From: a candidate division FCPU426 bacterium
GTDB taxonomy: Bacteria; Oederibacteriota; Muellerivitia; Muellerivitales; Muellerivitaceae
Direction of reading: 5' to 3'
Assembly: GCA_963847625.1 (NCBI GenBank)
Contig: CAWKAR010000025.1
Coordinates: 119,926 to 183,925 of the forward strand
Length of the DNA stretch: 64,000 nt
Shown here: positions 10,904 through 21,694 of the stretch, one piece after another
Position numbering within the stretch: the stretch's first letter is position 1
Layout of the letters: each line of letters begins with the position of its first letter
The notes under the pieces: generated by a model
Database searches by the model: none
What the model was told of the DNA's origin: nothing
The model's input: the letters and a program-made list of their open reading frames with translations, nothing else
Program-made: the position numbers and the translations under genes

Positions 10904-11184
10904 TTGAGTCAAGATATGAAGTCACAATCTCATTATAGCCATCCCATTTAAATCCCCTGAAGCTATTCGGGTTGGTCCTGCATGAACAGTAAAATCGGTT
11001 CTTTTCCCAAGTCTCTCCCCCTTAACATTAAATATGGAAATACAATTCGAATCATAATTAGACACTATAACAATTGGTTTTCCATTTGTTTTAGTTAAGC
11101 TTGCGCAAATACCTACCGGCATGTTCAATGTTTGTTTTTCATCGATTTTTCTGAATTTTCCGTTTTCATTGCAGAATACGTATG

Positions 11185-12237
11185 CCGAATTCACGGAGTA
11201 AGTGCAACACTTCGCCGGAAGACTTCCGCCGGAGTTTTAAAGCCCAAACATTTCCTGGGCCTGTTATTGAGCCATCTTTCTATGGTCCTGAATTCTTTGA
11301 AGGACACTTTAGCAAGATCAGTCTTTTTAGGCAAATGGCGGCGGACAAGACCGATAGTATTTTCCACCGTACCTTTTTCCCAACTGTGGAAAGGGGCGCA
11401 GAAAAAGGATTTTGTACCAAGCACGTGGTTGGTTTCCAAGTGGTTGGTGTTTTCGGTTCCGTTGTCATAGGTCAGACTCAGGCGGGCGTCTTGAGGGAAG
11501 CGGCATAAAGCGCGGTTGAGGCTATGACTCATTTGGCGAGCGGTCTTTCGTTTGAGCTTTCCCAACTTGGAAAAACGGCTTTGACGCTCGACGAGAGCCC
11601 GCATAGCCACTTTACTCTGACGAGAGACCATGGTGTCGGTTTCCCAATGGCCGAATTGCTTGCGTTGATTGGCGATCTCGGAGCGCTTATCGATGGAAAC
11701 ACGGCCTGGGATATGGTTTTTGGCGTGCTTACGGCTATGGCCAAATGAGAATCGTCGCCGGTGGTGTCGAACTAGGCAAGGAATCAGCTCAGTGGCTTCA
11801 GCATAAACCCACTGATAGATAGCTTCAGGACCAATGGTTTGCTTAGGCCGTAGGTGACCTAATCGACCTGAAATGAGTTCTGGAGACCAGCCTCGTTTCA
11901 ATTGACGACGGACGTAGGCACGAATTCGTTTTGTTTTCAGGCGTAAACGGCGTGCTCGTTGTTGGTTGCGGTCAACATACCGTTGATGGGCTCGATGAGA
12001 AAGATAATAACCAGAACGGATAGGGGGAGCATTGCGCTTGAGTTCCCTGGAGAGGGTGGAAGGAGACCTCTTCAAGGCGCGTGAAATTGCTCGAAGGCTA
12101 AGACCCTTTCCTTTCAAGACGGATAAATGATCTCTTTCTTCAACGCTTAAATGCTTGTATTTCTTTTTCATAGCCGCATATCCTATTCATGCGGCCTTCT
12201 TCAGACACTAAGTGTTGCACTTACTTATGGAACTCGG
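11185..12237 (-). mobile_element. IS30-family insertion sequence
   Basis: 28-bp imperfect TIRs (23/28, core AGTAAGTGCAACACTT); GTAT/TAT repeated in the flanks; encloses a transposase. Confidence 0.9.
11191..12171 (-). CDS. IS30-family transposase
   Basis: N-terminal HTH (RSPSTLSRELKRN), WSPELI, GHWETDT, TYDNGTE, SWEKGTVEN, LNNRPRKCLGFKTP. Confidence 0.95.
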   Translation of the reverse strand: MKKKYKHLSVEERDHLSVLKGKGLSLRAISRALKRSPSTLSRELKRNAPPIRSGYYLSHRAHQRYVDRNQQRARRLRLKTKRIRAYVRRQLKRGWSPELISGRLGHLRPKQTIGPEAIYQWVYAEATELIPCLVRHHRRRFSFGHSRKHAKNHIPGRVSIDKRSEIANQRKQFGHWETDTMVSRQSKVAMRALVERQSRFSKLGKLKRKTARQMSHSLNRALCRFPQDARLSLTYDNGTENTNHLETNHVLGTKSFFCAPFHSWEKGTVENTIGLVRRHLPKKTDLAKVSFKEFRTIERWLNNRPRKCLGFKTPAEVFRRSVALTP

Positions 12238-12399
12238 GTATATTAAATTCAAGTAATAACATGTAACAAGGATATTTTGACGTCCATCATTAGAAAGATC
12301 TAAGGCACCAACGCCTCGATGGCTCAAACTCGTTTTAATATTAGAAAGCCATTGCAATCCATTGGAACCCGGAGAATAAATTCGTACTATTGAATTAAA

Positions 12400-13690
12400 G
12401 GAACCTCTAAAAATTCATTGTAAAGAGACAGCTAAATCGGTACAAGGAAGAATCAGCGCATGAAGTGCTGAAAAATTCCAGTAATGAGGCGCTACTGATG
12501 GGGCAAACCGGATTTTTTGATCTGGAGAATCGTCTGAAATCGCTGGATGAGATAGGCGATCCACTGATGACATTGAATCGGGTGATTCCTTGGGAGTAAT
12601 TTCGGGGACTTCTGCGAAAAGCTTTACGCGACAAAGAACGAAAAAGTGAGGCCGGACGACGGCCGTATGATGAAGTTTTGATGTTCAAGGTGCTGGTTCT
12701 GCAGGCGTTGTACAACCTGGCGGATGAAAAGACCCAGTTTTACATTCAAGACCACTTGAGCTTCATGCGTTTTCTGGGACTAGGAATGGATGGGAAAGTG
12801 CCGGATGAGAAAACCATCTGGTGGTATCGGGATACATTAGCCCAAGGTTGGTGGATTGACCGATTGTTCAAGAAGTTCAACGGTTGCTTGGATGAGGCCG
12901 GTTTAAAAGCCCAAGAAGGCTAAATCATTGACGCGTCCATCGTAGAGGTGCCCCGGCAGCGGAACAGCAAGGGTGAAAACGACCAGATTAAGAAGGATGA
13001 AACGCCGGAGGGATGGAAAAAAGAGCCCAACAAATTGCGGCAAAAAGACGTGGACGCGAAATGGGTCAAAAAGAACGATGTGAACCATTATGGATACAAG
13101 AACCATATCAATGTGGATAAGAAATATAAGCTGATAAGGAAGTTTGAGGTCACGGCAGCCTCGGTGCATGACAGCGAAGTGTTTGAGGAGATTTTGGACG
13201 GAAATAATCGAAAGAAGATATGGGCGGACAGCGCATACCGGTCGGGTAAGAAGAGCAAGTCTCTAAAGCGTAAAGGATACGATATTCAGACCCATTACAA
13301 ATCCAACAGAAACCATCCTTTAACGAAGTCCCAAGAGAAGATGAACAAAATCAGGTCAAAGACGAGAGTACGGGTGGAACATGTATTTGGGCACATGGAA
13401 GTGGCGATGGGAGGAAACTGGCTGAGAGTGGTAGGTAAGGTCAGGTCGAGGATGAAGATCGGCATGAGAAACTTAGCCTACAATATGCATCGATTTACGT
13501 ACTTGATGGGACGAATGCATCCCGGGATAGAGAAGGCATAAATTTCAAGGACATTGGAAGCTGGAAAGAAGTACTGAAGGGAAAAAAAGTCCCAGAGAGA
13601 AAAAAATCTCTCTCGAAACCGAGAATTAAAGGCTATTCAACCGCCTTGGACGGCCTAGAAAATCCCGAACTGCAATTTTTAGAGGTTCCC
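12400..13690 (+). mobile_element. IS5-family insertion sequence (inactive)
   Basis: TIR GGAACCTCTAAAAAT at both ends; TAAA on both flanks. Confidence 0.88.
12498..13541 (+). pseudogene. IS5-family transposase pseudogene
   Basis: One continuous frame with in-frame TAA at 12597 and 12921; motifs VPDEKT, IIDASIV, GYKNH, WADSAY, RVRVEHVFG. Confidence 0.92.
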
Positions 13691-13714
13691 TAAATTTTAA
13701 GTTTCGGTTTACTA

Positions 13715-14236
13715 TTAAAACCGTAAAGCTAATGCGAATGTTGGTCGAGATTGATCAAAATAAGCTATGGGTTTTAAATTATGTTCATCATCATAATCCT
13801 TGGCTGCAGTAGGAGCATGAGCCATATCTACTATCCATAAAGCCGTAAAAGCGATAACCCCACCCCAAATTAAATTGGTTCCAACCTCTTTTGCGTTACT
13901 GGGATCGCCTAGATAACCACCTGAAAATGTCTTAGTATCAGATTTTATTAAAGCTCCTAATCCAACCGATAGGACTGAAATGACTTCACCAGTCAATAAA
14001 ACATCGCCCGTCAAATGATCTTCGGCATAAAAATGGCCATAACCATGAATAAGAAGCCCTGGAAAAAAGGCTAACAAAAAAGCTTTATTGGGATCTTTAT
14101 AAAAATAATTCTGGTGATTGGTTTCAAGGCTTCCTGATAAACCAGTATCTGAACTTTGGGCAAATGTTTTTGACGTCGAAAATAGAATAAGAACTGCGAA
14201 AAATAAGCTTAGATGACTTTTCTTATTTATTTTCAT
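13715..14236 (-). CDS. Hypothetical exported/membrane protein
   Basis: Signal-peptide-like N-terminus (TFA/QS); AFLLAFFPG..HGYGHFY segment; ends in Phe. Confidence 0.7.
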   Translation of the reverse strand: MKINKKSHLSLFFAVLILFSTSKTFAQSSDTGLSGSLETNHQNYFYKDPNKAFLLAFFPGLLIHGYGHFYAEDHLTGDVLLTGEVISVLSVGLGALIKSDTKTFSGGYLGDPSNAKEVGTNLIWGGVIAFTALWIVDMAHAPTAAKDYDDEHNLKPIAYFDQSRPTFALALRF

Positions 14237-14330
14237 AATATTAAGTCCATTTTACGAAATTGAAGGAAACAGGTCAAAAGAAAATTAAGGGTTATACGAT
14301 TTTCTTTAACCAAGAAATCTTTTCCTTGTA

Positions 14331-14816
14331 CTAGACAGAAATAGCTGTTACTTCTTTCTGCTTTTTCTTTTCGTTTCCTTTAGAGGAAACTTCTGTTGAA
14401 GAGACTGTTTCTTTTTTACCTTTTTTGTCCGCCTTAGTTTCTTTTGTTATTTCAACAATAGGTCGATCAACCAATTCCAAAAAAACCATATCCGCACCAT
14501 CCCCAGCCCTAAAACCCAACTTAAGGATCCTAGTATAGCCCCCTTTTCTTTCCGCATAACGGTAAACCAGGGTTTTATACAATTTATTAACAACATCTCT
14601 TTCACGTACAAACCCTAATACTCTTCGCTTTGAAGCCAAAGTTTCCTTCTTGGCAAAAGTTATCATTTTTTCAGCATAGCGTCGAACTTCTTTTGCCCTT
14701 ATTTTGGTTGTTTTAATTCGTTCATGTTTAAGAAGCGAAGTAACCATGTTCCTAATTAAGGCCCTACGGTGAGCTGGTTGTACACCTAAATGTCCATGAT
14801 GAGCACTATGTCTCAT
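14331..14816 (-). CDS. rplQ: 50S ribosomal protein L17
   Basis: MRH..., HERIKTT, GGYTRILK..R.GDGA; Lys/Glu-rich tail. Confidence 0.96.
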   Translation of the reverse strand: MRHSAHHGHLGVQPAHRRALIRNMVTSLLKHERIKTTKIRAKEVRRYAEKMITFAKKETLASKRRVLGFVRERDVVNKLYKTLVYRYAERKGGYTRILKLGFRAGDGADMVFLELVDRPIVEITKETKADKKGKKETVSSTEVSSKGNEKKKQKEVTAISV

Positions 14817-14840
14817 TTTTTCTCCTAGATTCGCTTCAGT

Positions 14841-15854
14841 TTAAACGTTTGATTCAACTCGGGGTAAAGAGACCGGCTTTCCTTTGGCTAAAATCGAATC
14901 GACATCCATTCCAAAAGAAAGGCCCATTCCGCTTAATATTTCTTTAATTTCGTTAAGAGATTTTCTGCCAAAGTTTTTGTATTTCAGCATATCTGATTCG
15001 GTCTTACGCACCAAATCGCCGATTGTTTTAATACTCGCTGTCTTTAAACAATTGGCAGAACGGACTGACAATTCTAATTCCTCTACGCTTTCATTTAATA
15101 ATTCACGTAAACGTTCTTCTTCTTCGCTTACAGAATCATCTTGTTGAATAGGTTCTTCTTCAAAATTAATGAATATCTGAAGGGAATCACGCAAGATTTT
15201 CGAAGCATGTGCAAGAGCATCTTCCGGATGAATCCTTCCATCTGTCCAAATTTCAATAATAAGTTTATCATAATCGGTAATCTGTCCAATGCGAGCCGAT
15301 TCGACCGAATATTTAACTTGAACTACTGGTGTAAAAATAGAATCTATAGGAATAACTCCTATCGATTGTCCCTCCCTTTTATTTCGTTCGGCTGGTGCGT
15401 AGCCGCGTCCTTCGGATACTTCGATCTCAATATCCAAAGCGGCATCTTCTTCTGTTAAAGTCGCCAAATGTAATTGTGGATTTAATATCTCAATATCACC
15501 ATCAGTCTGTATATCTGCCGCCACTACATTTCTTTCTCCCTTAACAAATAATCGTAAAACTTTTGAACCTGAATTAAAAAGTTTTATTTTTAATTCTTTT
15601 AAATTTAAAATAATTTCCGTTGTATCTTCAACCACTCCGGGGATAGAAGAAAACTCATGTGAAACACCCTGAAACTTTACAGATGTAACTGCGGCACCAG
15701 TAATCGAGGATAATAAAATTCTCCGAAGAGAATTTCCCACCGATTGCCCATATCCTCTTTCAAAAGGTTCCGCTATGAATTTGCCATAAGTCGGAGTAAG
15801 ACTTTCTTTTTCATAATCTAAAAATTTCGGAATTTGAACGTTTCCGATTTGCAT
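14841..15854 (-). CDS. rpoA: RNA polymerase subunit alpha
   Basis: EPFERGYG..GNSLRRILLSS, LELSVRSANCL, NFGRKSLNEI. Confidence 0.98.
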   Translation of the reverse strand: MQIGNVQIPKFLDYEKESLTPTYGKFIAEPFERGYGQSVGNSLRRILLSSITGAAVTSVKFQGVSHEFSSIPGVVEDTTEIILNLKELKIKLFNSGSKVLRLFVKGERNVVAADIQTDGDIEILNPQLHLATLTEEDAALDIEIEVSEGRGYAPAERNKREGQSIGVIPIDSIFTPVVQVKYSVESARIGQITDYDKLIIEIWTDGRIHPEDALAHASKILRDSLQIFINFEEEPIQQDDSVSEEEERLRELLNESVEELELSVRSANCLKTASIKTIGDLVRKTESDMLKYKNFGRKSLNEIKEILSGMGLSFGMDVDSILAKGKPVSLPRVESNV

Positions 15855-15901
15855 AATGCCTCCCGCAAGAATAGTCCCATGGGACTTTTTTTAGTTACCA
15901 A

Positions 15902-16522
15902 TTACTTTGAGTATAATTCAACAATGAGTTGTTCTTGAATTGGTAGCGCGATCTCCTCTTTAGTCGGAATTTTTTTAAAAATTCCAGAAAACGATCCAGC
16001 ATCCACTTCTAGCCATTCAGGAACGTTCTTTTTTTGAAGTGTTTCCAATGAACGCTTAATAACTACATTCTCTTTATACTTATCTAAAATGGAAATCTTA
16101 TCCCCAGCCTTTAAAAGGTAAGAAGGTATATCAACTTTTTTCCCATTCACCAAAACCATTCCATGACGAACTACCTGACGGGCTTGGTACCGAGATTCAG
16201 CAAACCCCAATCGATAGATGGTGTTATCCAAACGTTGTTCTAATAATTGCAACAATGTTTCACCAGTAACTCCTTTCTTTCTAGAGGCCATTGAAAAATA
16301 TCTTCTAAATTGCTTTTCATATAAACCATATATTCTTTTAACCTTTTGTTTTTCACGTAATTGTAGCCCATATTCAGTATCTTTGCGCCGTTTTTGTCCG
16401 TGCTGGCCAGGGGCATATCCTCTTCTTTCGAAAGCACATTTTTCGGTATCACAACGATTTCCCTTCAAATAAAGCTTCATTCCTTCACGCCGACAAATTC
16501 GACATACGGATTGATCACTCAT
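15902..16522 (-). CDS. rpsD: 30S ribosomal protein S4
   Basis: [31 protein letters not shown]. Confidence 0.97.
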   Translation of the reverse strand: MSDQSVCRICRREGMKLYLKGNRCDTEKCAFERRGYAPGQHGQKRRKDTEYGLQLREKQKVKRIYGLYEKQFRRYFSMASRKKGVTGETLLQLLEQRLDNTIYRLGFAESRYQARQVVRHGMVLVNGKKVDIPSYLLKAGDKISILDKYKENVVIKRSLETLQKKNVPEWLEVDAGSFSGIFKKIPTKEEIALPIQEQLIVELYSK

Positions 16523-16533
16523 TCAATTCTCCT

Positions 16534-16977
16534 TTAAACCCGTCTACGTTTAGGCGGTCTGCATCCATTATGGGGTACCGGAGTAACATCCTTGATTAAG
16601 GAAATCTGTAATCCGCTTGTCTGAATTGCACGAATGGCCGCTTCTCGACCCGAACCAGGACCTTTGACATATACTTCTACAGATTTCATTCCAGCATCAA
16701 CAGCCTTTTTCCCAGCGGCTTCAGCAGCAACTTGAGCAGAAAATGGAGTTGATTTCCGGCTTCCCTTGAAATTCATTAATCCAGCAGAAGACCAAACAAT
16801 AACATTTCCTTTTGCGTCAGTTACTGTCACCAGTGTATTATTAAAAGTGCATTGGATATGAACCACGCCGTTTCTTGGTGCTTTTTTACCTTTTTTTACC
16901 GTTGATGCAACAGATGTTTTTTCATTTCCTTCTATTTTTATTTCTTTCTCTTCAACATTTTCAGGTTTTTCAGCCAC
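16534..16977 (-). CDS. rpsK: 30S ribosomal protein S11
   Basis: [32 protein letters not shown]. Confidence 0.97.
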   Translation of the reverse strand: MAEKPENVEEKEIKIEGNEKTSVASTVKKGKKAPRNGVVHIQCTFNNTLVTVTDAKGNVIVWSSAGLMNFKGSRKSTPFSAQVAAEAAGKKAVDAGMKSVEVYVKGPGSGREAAIRAIQTSGLQISLIKDVTPVPHNGCRPPKRRRV

Positions 16978-17016
16978 TTATTTCTCCTCAATTAAAATTT
17001 AATGTAAAAAGTTAAT

Positions 17017-17397
17017 TTATTCTTCTTTTTTTCGCCCACTTCCAACTGTCTTTCTAGGTCCTTTACGTGTTCTAGAATTAGTTTTGGTTCGCTGACCCCG
17101 GACAGGAAGACCCTTTCTATGACGCAAACCACGGTATGTTCCGATATCAATTAATCTTTTGATATTCATGGATATTTCTCTTCTTAAATCGCCTTCCACT
17201 TTAATGTTATTCACATTAATAACATTCTGAATTCGGGCAACCTCATCATCTTTAAGATTTTTCACTCTAATATCAGGATTAACATTGGCCTTAATCAAAA
17301 TTTCCTTTGAAAGTGCCAAACCTATGCCATAAACATACGTTAAAGCAACCTCCATGCGCTTTTCTTTTGGTAAATCCACACCCGAAATTCGTGCCAT
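17017..17397 (-). CDS. rpsM: 30S ribosomal protein S13
   Basis: [28 protein letters not shown]. Confidence 0.97.
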   Translation of the reverse strand: MARISGVDLPKEKRMEVALTYVYGIGLALSKEILIKANVNPDIRVKNLKDDEVARIQNVINVNNIKVEGDLRREISMNIKRLIDIGTYRGLRHRKGLPVRGQRTKTNSRTRKGPRKTVGSGRKKEE

Positions 17398-17413
17398 ATG
17401 TATTTACTCCTTT

Positions 17414-17527
17414 TTAACCTTGCCGTTGTTTATGTTTCGGATTAGTGCATATGACCCTAATAACACGTTTACGTCGAATAACTTTGCACTTGTCGCAAAT
17501 GGGCTTAACAGATGATCGAACTTTCAT
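17414..17527 (-). CDS. rpmJ: 50S ribosomal protein L36 (Zn-binding type)
   Basis: Translated by hand (below ORF-track cutoff): [37 protein letters not shown]. Confidence 0.96.
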   Translation of the reverse strand: MKVRSSVKPICDKCKVIRRKRVIRVICTNPKHKQRQG

Positions 17528-17557
17528 TCTCTAGCCTTCCTTTTTTCTCTACAAAAT

Positions 17558-17776
17558 TCATTTAAATCGATAAGTTATACGCCCTCGACTCAAATCATAT
17601 GGTGATAACTCAACTGTAACTCGATCACCCGGTAGTATTCGGATAAAATTCATTCGCATCTTCCCAGACACATGGGCTAAAACTACATGTTTATTTTCCA
17701 GTTCAACCCTAAAACTAGCATTAGGAAGAGCTTCAATAACTGTACCCTCTATTGAAATAGCTTCTTCTTTAGCCAT
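17558..17776 (-). CDS. infA: Translation initiation factor IF-1
   Basis: [29 protein letters not shown]. Confidence 0.97.
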   Translation of the reverse strand: MAKEEAISIEGTVIEALPNASFRVELENKHVVLAHVSGKMRMNFIRILPGDRVTVELSPYDLSRGRITYRFK

Positions 17777-17800
17777 ACTTCTCCGTCCCCTTTAATGGGG

Positions 17801-18547
17801 TTATATCCGCGTCAAGTTCTCTGTACCATTCACTCCCACCGAAATGGTATCTTCAAAATGGGCGGAAAATTTACCATCTTTAGTAACAACTGTCCAGCCG
17901 TCATCTAAAATCTGAACTTCTTCAGAACCCATATTTACCATGGGTTCTAGGGCAAGACACATACCAACCACGATAGGTGGCCCTTGGTGGGGCACACCAT
18001 AATTAGGAACTTGGGGTTCTTCATGCATAGCCTGTCCAATGCCATGCCCCACATAATCTTTCACTATTGAAAAACCATTTTTTTCAACGAAATTCTGTAT
18101 TGTAAAACCTATATCAGAAATTCTATTTCCTTCTCGGCATTTTTCGATACCTTTATCTAAAGCAGAAAAAGTTATTCCGAGAAGCAATTTTACTTCTGGC
18201 GTAACTCTCCCGACTGCAAAAGTACGAGCAGAATCTCCACAGTAACCTTTATAAAACGCGCCTATGTCAATTCCGACAATATCCCCTTCCACTAAAACTC
18301 GAGACCCTGGGACGCCATGAACAACTTGTTCATTGATCGATGTACAAATAGTCGCAGGATAACCGTGATATCCCAAAAAAGCCGGAGTACAACTATTTTT
18401 TATGATGAAATCATAAGCATACTTATTTAACTCAAAAGTTGTAATACCTGGTTTAATTAGTTCTTGAAGTTTTTGAAGTGCCTCCCCAACAACACGACCA
18501 CTGATTCTCATAAACTTCAATTCAGACTCTGACTTGATTGTAATCAC
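17801..18547 (-). CDS. map: Methionine aminopeptidase type I
   Basis: CTSINEQVVHG, GHGIG..MHEEP, SAHFED. Confidence 0.96.
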   Translation of the reverse strand: MITIKSESELKFMRISGRVVGEALQKLQELIKPGITTFELNKYAYDFIIKNSCTPAFLGYHGYPATICTSINEQVVHGVPGSRVLVEGDIVGIDIGAFYKGYCGDSARTFAVGRVTPEVKLLLGITFSALDKGIEKCREGNRISDIGFTIQNFVEKNGFSIVKDYVGHGIGQAMHEEPQVPNYGVPHQGPPIVVGMCLALEPMVNMGSEEVQILDDGWTVVTKDGKFSAHFEDTISVGVNGTENLTRI

Positions 18548-19203
18548 TACTCCTTTATCTCTTTCTTCAACACAGCAAATATTTGAGTTAAAGAATTATT
18601 AAGATCTCCGTCACAAAGAACCTTTTTTAATAACTTTTTTTTTTCATAATAATTTATCAATGGATCTGTATCCTTTTTATAAACAGTTAAGCGATTTTTA
18701 ATTGTTTCCGGTCGATCATCTGGTCGTTGAATTAATTCTTTCCCGCATTTATCACAAATCCCGTCCATTTTTGGTTTCATAGTTTCAATGTTAAAAGTTG
18801 AATTACAATTAGGGCAAACACGCCTACCAGTTAACCGTCTTATAAGAATATTTTGATTTACTTCGATCTTTAAAACAACGTCTAATCGGATATTTTCCAT
18901 AATTAAAATATCATCAAGAATTTTTGCTTGAGACACGTTTCTTGGAAAACCATCTAAGATGAAACCTTTGATAGCATCGGGTTGTTTAATCCGTTCTTTA
19001 ATGATTCCGATTACAATCGAATCTGGTACTAATTCTCCTTTTTTCATAAATTCTTGGGCTTGAAAACCCCATGCCGTTTCACTCTTGACTGAGGTTCGCA
19101 ATATATCACCGGTTGAAATTTGGGGAATCCTGTATTTTTTCATGATTTCTGCTGAATAGGTTCCTTTTCCTGCTCCAGGTTCTCCTAAAATTAAAATCCG
19201 CAT
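18547..19203 (-). CDS. adk: Adenylate kinase
   Basis: GEPGAGKGT, STGDILR, LDGFPR, zinc LID (CPNC...CDKC). Confidence 0.96.
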   Translation of the reverse strand: MRILILGEPGAGKGTYSAEIMKKYRIPQISTGDILRTSVKSETAWGFQAQEFMKKGELVPDSIVIGIIKERIKQPDAIKGFILDGFPRNVSQAKILDDILIMENIRLDVVLKIEVNQNILIRRLTGRRVCPNCNSTFNIETMKPKMDGICDKCGKELIQRPDDRPETIKNRLTVYKKDTDPLINYYEKKKLLKKVLCDGDLNNSLTQIFAVLKKEIKE

Positions 19204-20543
19204 TAAAAAGCGCTCCGCCCTTTTAACCTGCCTTTCTTCATAAAGCCATCGTAATGTCTCATCAATAAATGTGATTCAATCTGTTTCATGGTGTCTAAAG
19301 CAACTCCAACAATGATTAATAGAGACGTACCGCCAAAGTAAATGGGAATATTAAGATTCCTGGTTAAAACATCCGGAGCCACTGCAACCACACAAACCGC
19401 TAGTGCTCCCCAAATAGTAATTCGAGTTAAGGTTCTATCGATAAATTCAGCCGTTGGTTGTCCGGGCCGGATTCCCGGAATGAAGCCACCGTACTTTTTC
19501 ATATTTTCGGAAAGATCTGTTGGATTAAATGCAATAGCAGTATAAAAATAACAGAAGAAGACAATTAAACCAGAATACAAAACATAATAAAAAAAAGCCC
19601 CAGGAGATAAATTCCGAATAATTAAATCCATAATATTATAGAGCCACCCATTCACTTCAGAAGTAACAGGTGGAAGGGATTGAATGTATTTAGCTGCTGA
19701 AGCAGGAAATACCAAAATAGAAGATGCAAAAATAACGGCAATTACTCCGGAATAATCCACTTTTAATGGTAACTGAGTTGATTGGCCTTTGAACACCTGT
19801 CTTCCTACAACTCGAGTAGCATACTGGACTGGAATTTTACGTGCACCTTGCTGAAGAATCACAATGAAGGCAATTGTTGCAATCGAAAATAGTGCGAAAA
19901 AAAGAAATGAAAAGAGACTTACTTGTCCGATTTTAAAAAGTCTAAAAGTAGCGGCTAATTCTCCAGGAAGACCGGCTACGATGCCTGCGAATATGATTAA
20001 AGAAATCCCATTTCCTATCCCATATTCGGTGATTTGCTCTCCCAACCACATTATAAATATGGTTCCTGTTGTTAAAGCTAAAACTGTCATAATCTGAAAA
20101 CCAAAACCCCAATGATATACAAAGCTTTCACCCAAACTCCGTAACAAGTAAGTTGTACCTGTTCCCTGTACAATACAAAGGGCCACTGTACCAATTCGAG
20201 TATATTGAGTTATTTTACGGCGGCCGGTTTCACCTTCTTTAGAAAGCTTTTCAAGTGTTGGGATTACAGCCGTTAAAAGTTGAAGAATAATGGACATGCT
20301 AATATATGGCATTACACCAAGCGCAAAAATAGAAGATTGTTTTAATGCGCCGCCTGAAAAAAGGTTTAAAAAACCTAATATACCATTACCCTGACTTTTA
20401 AAAAAATTTGATAAAACGCTAACGTTAACACCAGGAATAGGTATATGAATTCCAATTCGGTAAACCAATAAAATACCAAAGGTAAACAAAACACGAGATT
20501 TTAACTCTGGAACTCTAAAAATATTGGTAAAAGCAGAAAACAC
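19203..20543 (-). CDS. secY: Preprotein translocase SecY
   Basis: SIFALGVMPYI, WLGEQIT..GIGNGISL, FIPGIRPG, GGTSLLI. Confidence 0.98.
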   Translation of the reverse strand: MFSAFTNIFRVPELKSRVLFTFGILLVYRIGIHIPIPGVNVSVLSNFFKSQGNGILGFLNLFSGGALKQSSIFALGVMPYISMSIILQLLTAVIPTLEKLSKEGETGRRKITQYTRIGTVALCIVQGTGTTYLLRSLGESFVYHWGFGFQIMTVLALTTGTIFIMWLGEQITEYGIGNGISLIIFAGIVAGLPGELAATFRLFKIGQVSLFSFLFFALFSIATIAFIVILQQGARKIPVQYATRVVGRQVFKGQSTQLPLKVDYSGVIAVIFASSILVFPASAAKYIQSLPPVTSEVNGWLYNIMDLIIRNLSPGAFFYYVLYSGLIVFFCYFYTAIAFNPTDLSENMKKYGGFIPGIRPGQPTAEFIDRTLTRITIWGALAVCVVAVAPDVLTRNLNIPIYFGGTSLLIIVGVALDTMKQIESHLLMRHYDGFMKKGRLKGRSAF

Positions 20544-20981
20544 TTACAATACCTCCACAGTTCCGCCAGCTGTCTTTATTTTTTCTATAGCCGATGCACT
20601 AAAAGCATGTGCCTTGACATTTATTTTATTTTTTATTTCCCCGTTGCCCAAAACTTTTACCTTCTTGGGATCATTAATAAGACCTCTTTGCTCCATTTCT
20701 ACTGGAGTAACGGTAATGCCGTTTTCAAAAATGGATAACTGTTCCAAATTAACAATACAATATTGAGACATTCTTCGTGATTTGAATCCTCGAATTGGAA
20801 GTCGGCGATAGACCGGAGTTTGCCCACCTTCAAATCCTGCACGAACTCCGCCACCCGTTCTTGAATTTTGTCCTTTATTACCCCTAGTAGCAGTCTTTCC
20901 ATGTCCGGAACCAGGGCCTTTTCCTACAATCTTGCATCTTTTTGTAGCCCCGTGGGTTGGTTTTAAATCATCTATTTTCAT
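20544..20981 (-). CDS. rplO: 50S ribosomal protein L15
   Basis: GSGHGKTATRG.KGQ.SR, GFEGGQ.P..RRLP; start set at MKIDDL. Confidence 0.95.
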   Translation of the reverse strand: MKIDDLKPTHGATKRCKIVGKGPGSGHGKTATRGNKGQNSRTGGGVRAGFEGGQTPVYRRLPIRGFKSRRMSQYCIVNLEQLSIFENGITVTPVEMEQRGLINDPKKVKVLGNGEIKNKINVKAHAFSASAIEKIKTAGGTVEVL

Positions 20982-20994
20982 TTTTTCAACCTTC

Positions 20995-21171
20995 TCACTT
21001 TTTAATTTCAATCAAATAACCAATTTTACTTACCATCCCTCGAATTACCGGTGTATCCGGCTTAACAATGATTTGTCGTATTCTTTGGAGGCCTAATGCT
21101 TTTGCAATTCGGACGTGTTTTGGAAAACGGCCATTTAAGCTTTTTATCAATTGAATTTTAATCTCGTTCAT
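20995..21171 (-). CDS. rpmD: 50S ribosomal protein L30
   Basis: Translated by hand: [58 protein letters not shown]; canonical position between rpsE and rplO. Confidence 0.92.
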   Translation of the reverse strand: MNEIKIQLIKSLNGRFPKHVRIAKALGLQRIRQIIVKPDTPVIRGMVSKIGYLIEIKK

Positions 21172-21680
21172 GATTTTTCTATCCCGGTCATTCCTTCAAT
21201 AGCCTTTCCTCTCAATGCAGCGACTGTATCCGGTGAATGCATATTGCTAAGGCCATTCAATGCCGCCTGAACTACATTAAAAACATTATCTGAACGGATT
21301 GATTTTGTTAACACATCATGTATACCTGCTAATTCGCAAACAGCCCTTACACCGCCTCCAGCGATAATACCTGTTCCAGGGGCTGCAGGTTTCAAAAGAA
21401 CACGGGAAGCTTTAAAAATCCCGACAATTTCGTGATATAGGGTAAAACCCTTTAAAGGAACTTTAATTAGATTTTTCTTTGCATCCTCTACTGCTTTACG
21501 AATCGCATCTGGAACCTCACTGGCTTTCCCCATTCCAATGCCAACAAACCCATGCCCATCCCCGACTACGACTAAGACGGAAAAGCTAAACCTTCGTCCA
21601 CCTTTAACCACTTTAGCAACGCGATTAATGTGAATAACTTTTTCCTTTAGGTCGAGCTTTGATGCGTCTATTCTTGCCAT
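21168..21680 (-). CDS. rpsE: 30S ribosomal protein S5
   Basis: [28 protein letters not shown]. Confidence 0.97.
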   Translation of the reverse strand: MARIDASKLDLKEKVIHINRVAKVVKGGRRFSFSVLVVVGDGHGFVGIGMGKASEVPDAIRKAVEDAKKNLIKVPLKGFTLYHEIVGIFKASRVLLKPAAPGTGIIAGGGVRAVCELAGIHDVLTKSIRSDNVFNVVQAALNGLSNMHSPDTVAALRGKAIEGMTGIEKS

Positions 21681-21694
21681 AAATTTCCTTAACG

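Larger units (their letters stand above)
10520..12395 (-). pseudogene. FG-GAP/VCBS-repeat protein pseudogene interrupted by an IS30 and a MITE and truncated at an IS5
   Basis: Reconstructed motifs DLSNDGRQNILV, GDLNG(DGYNEIV) and GDLNGDRRADLIV; frame rejoins across both insertions; also one frameshift and one internal TAA. Confidence 0.8.

Noticed and set aside
12597..12923. Stop-codon reassignment or readthrough in the IS5 transposase
   Set aside because: TAA, TAG and TGA all terminate conserved core genes normally in this window; ordinary pseudogenisation explains the two TAAs.
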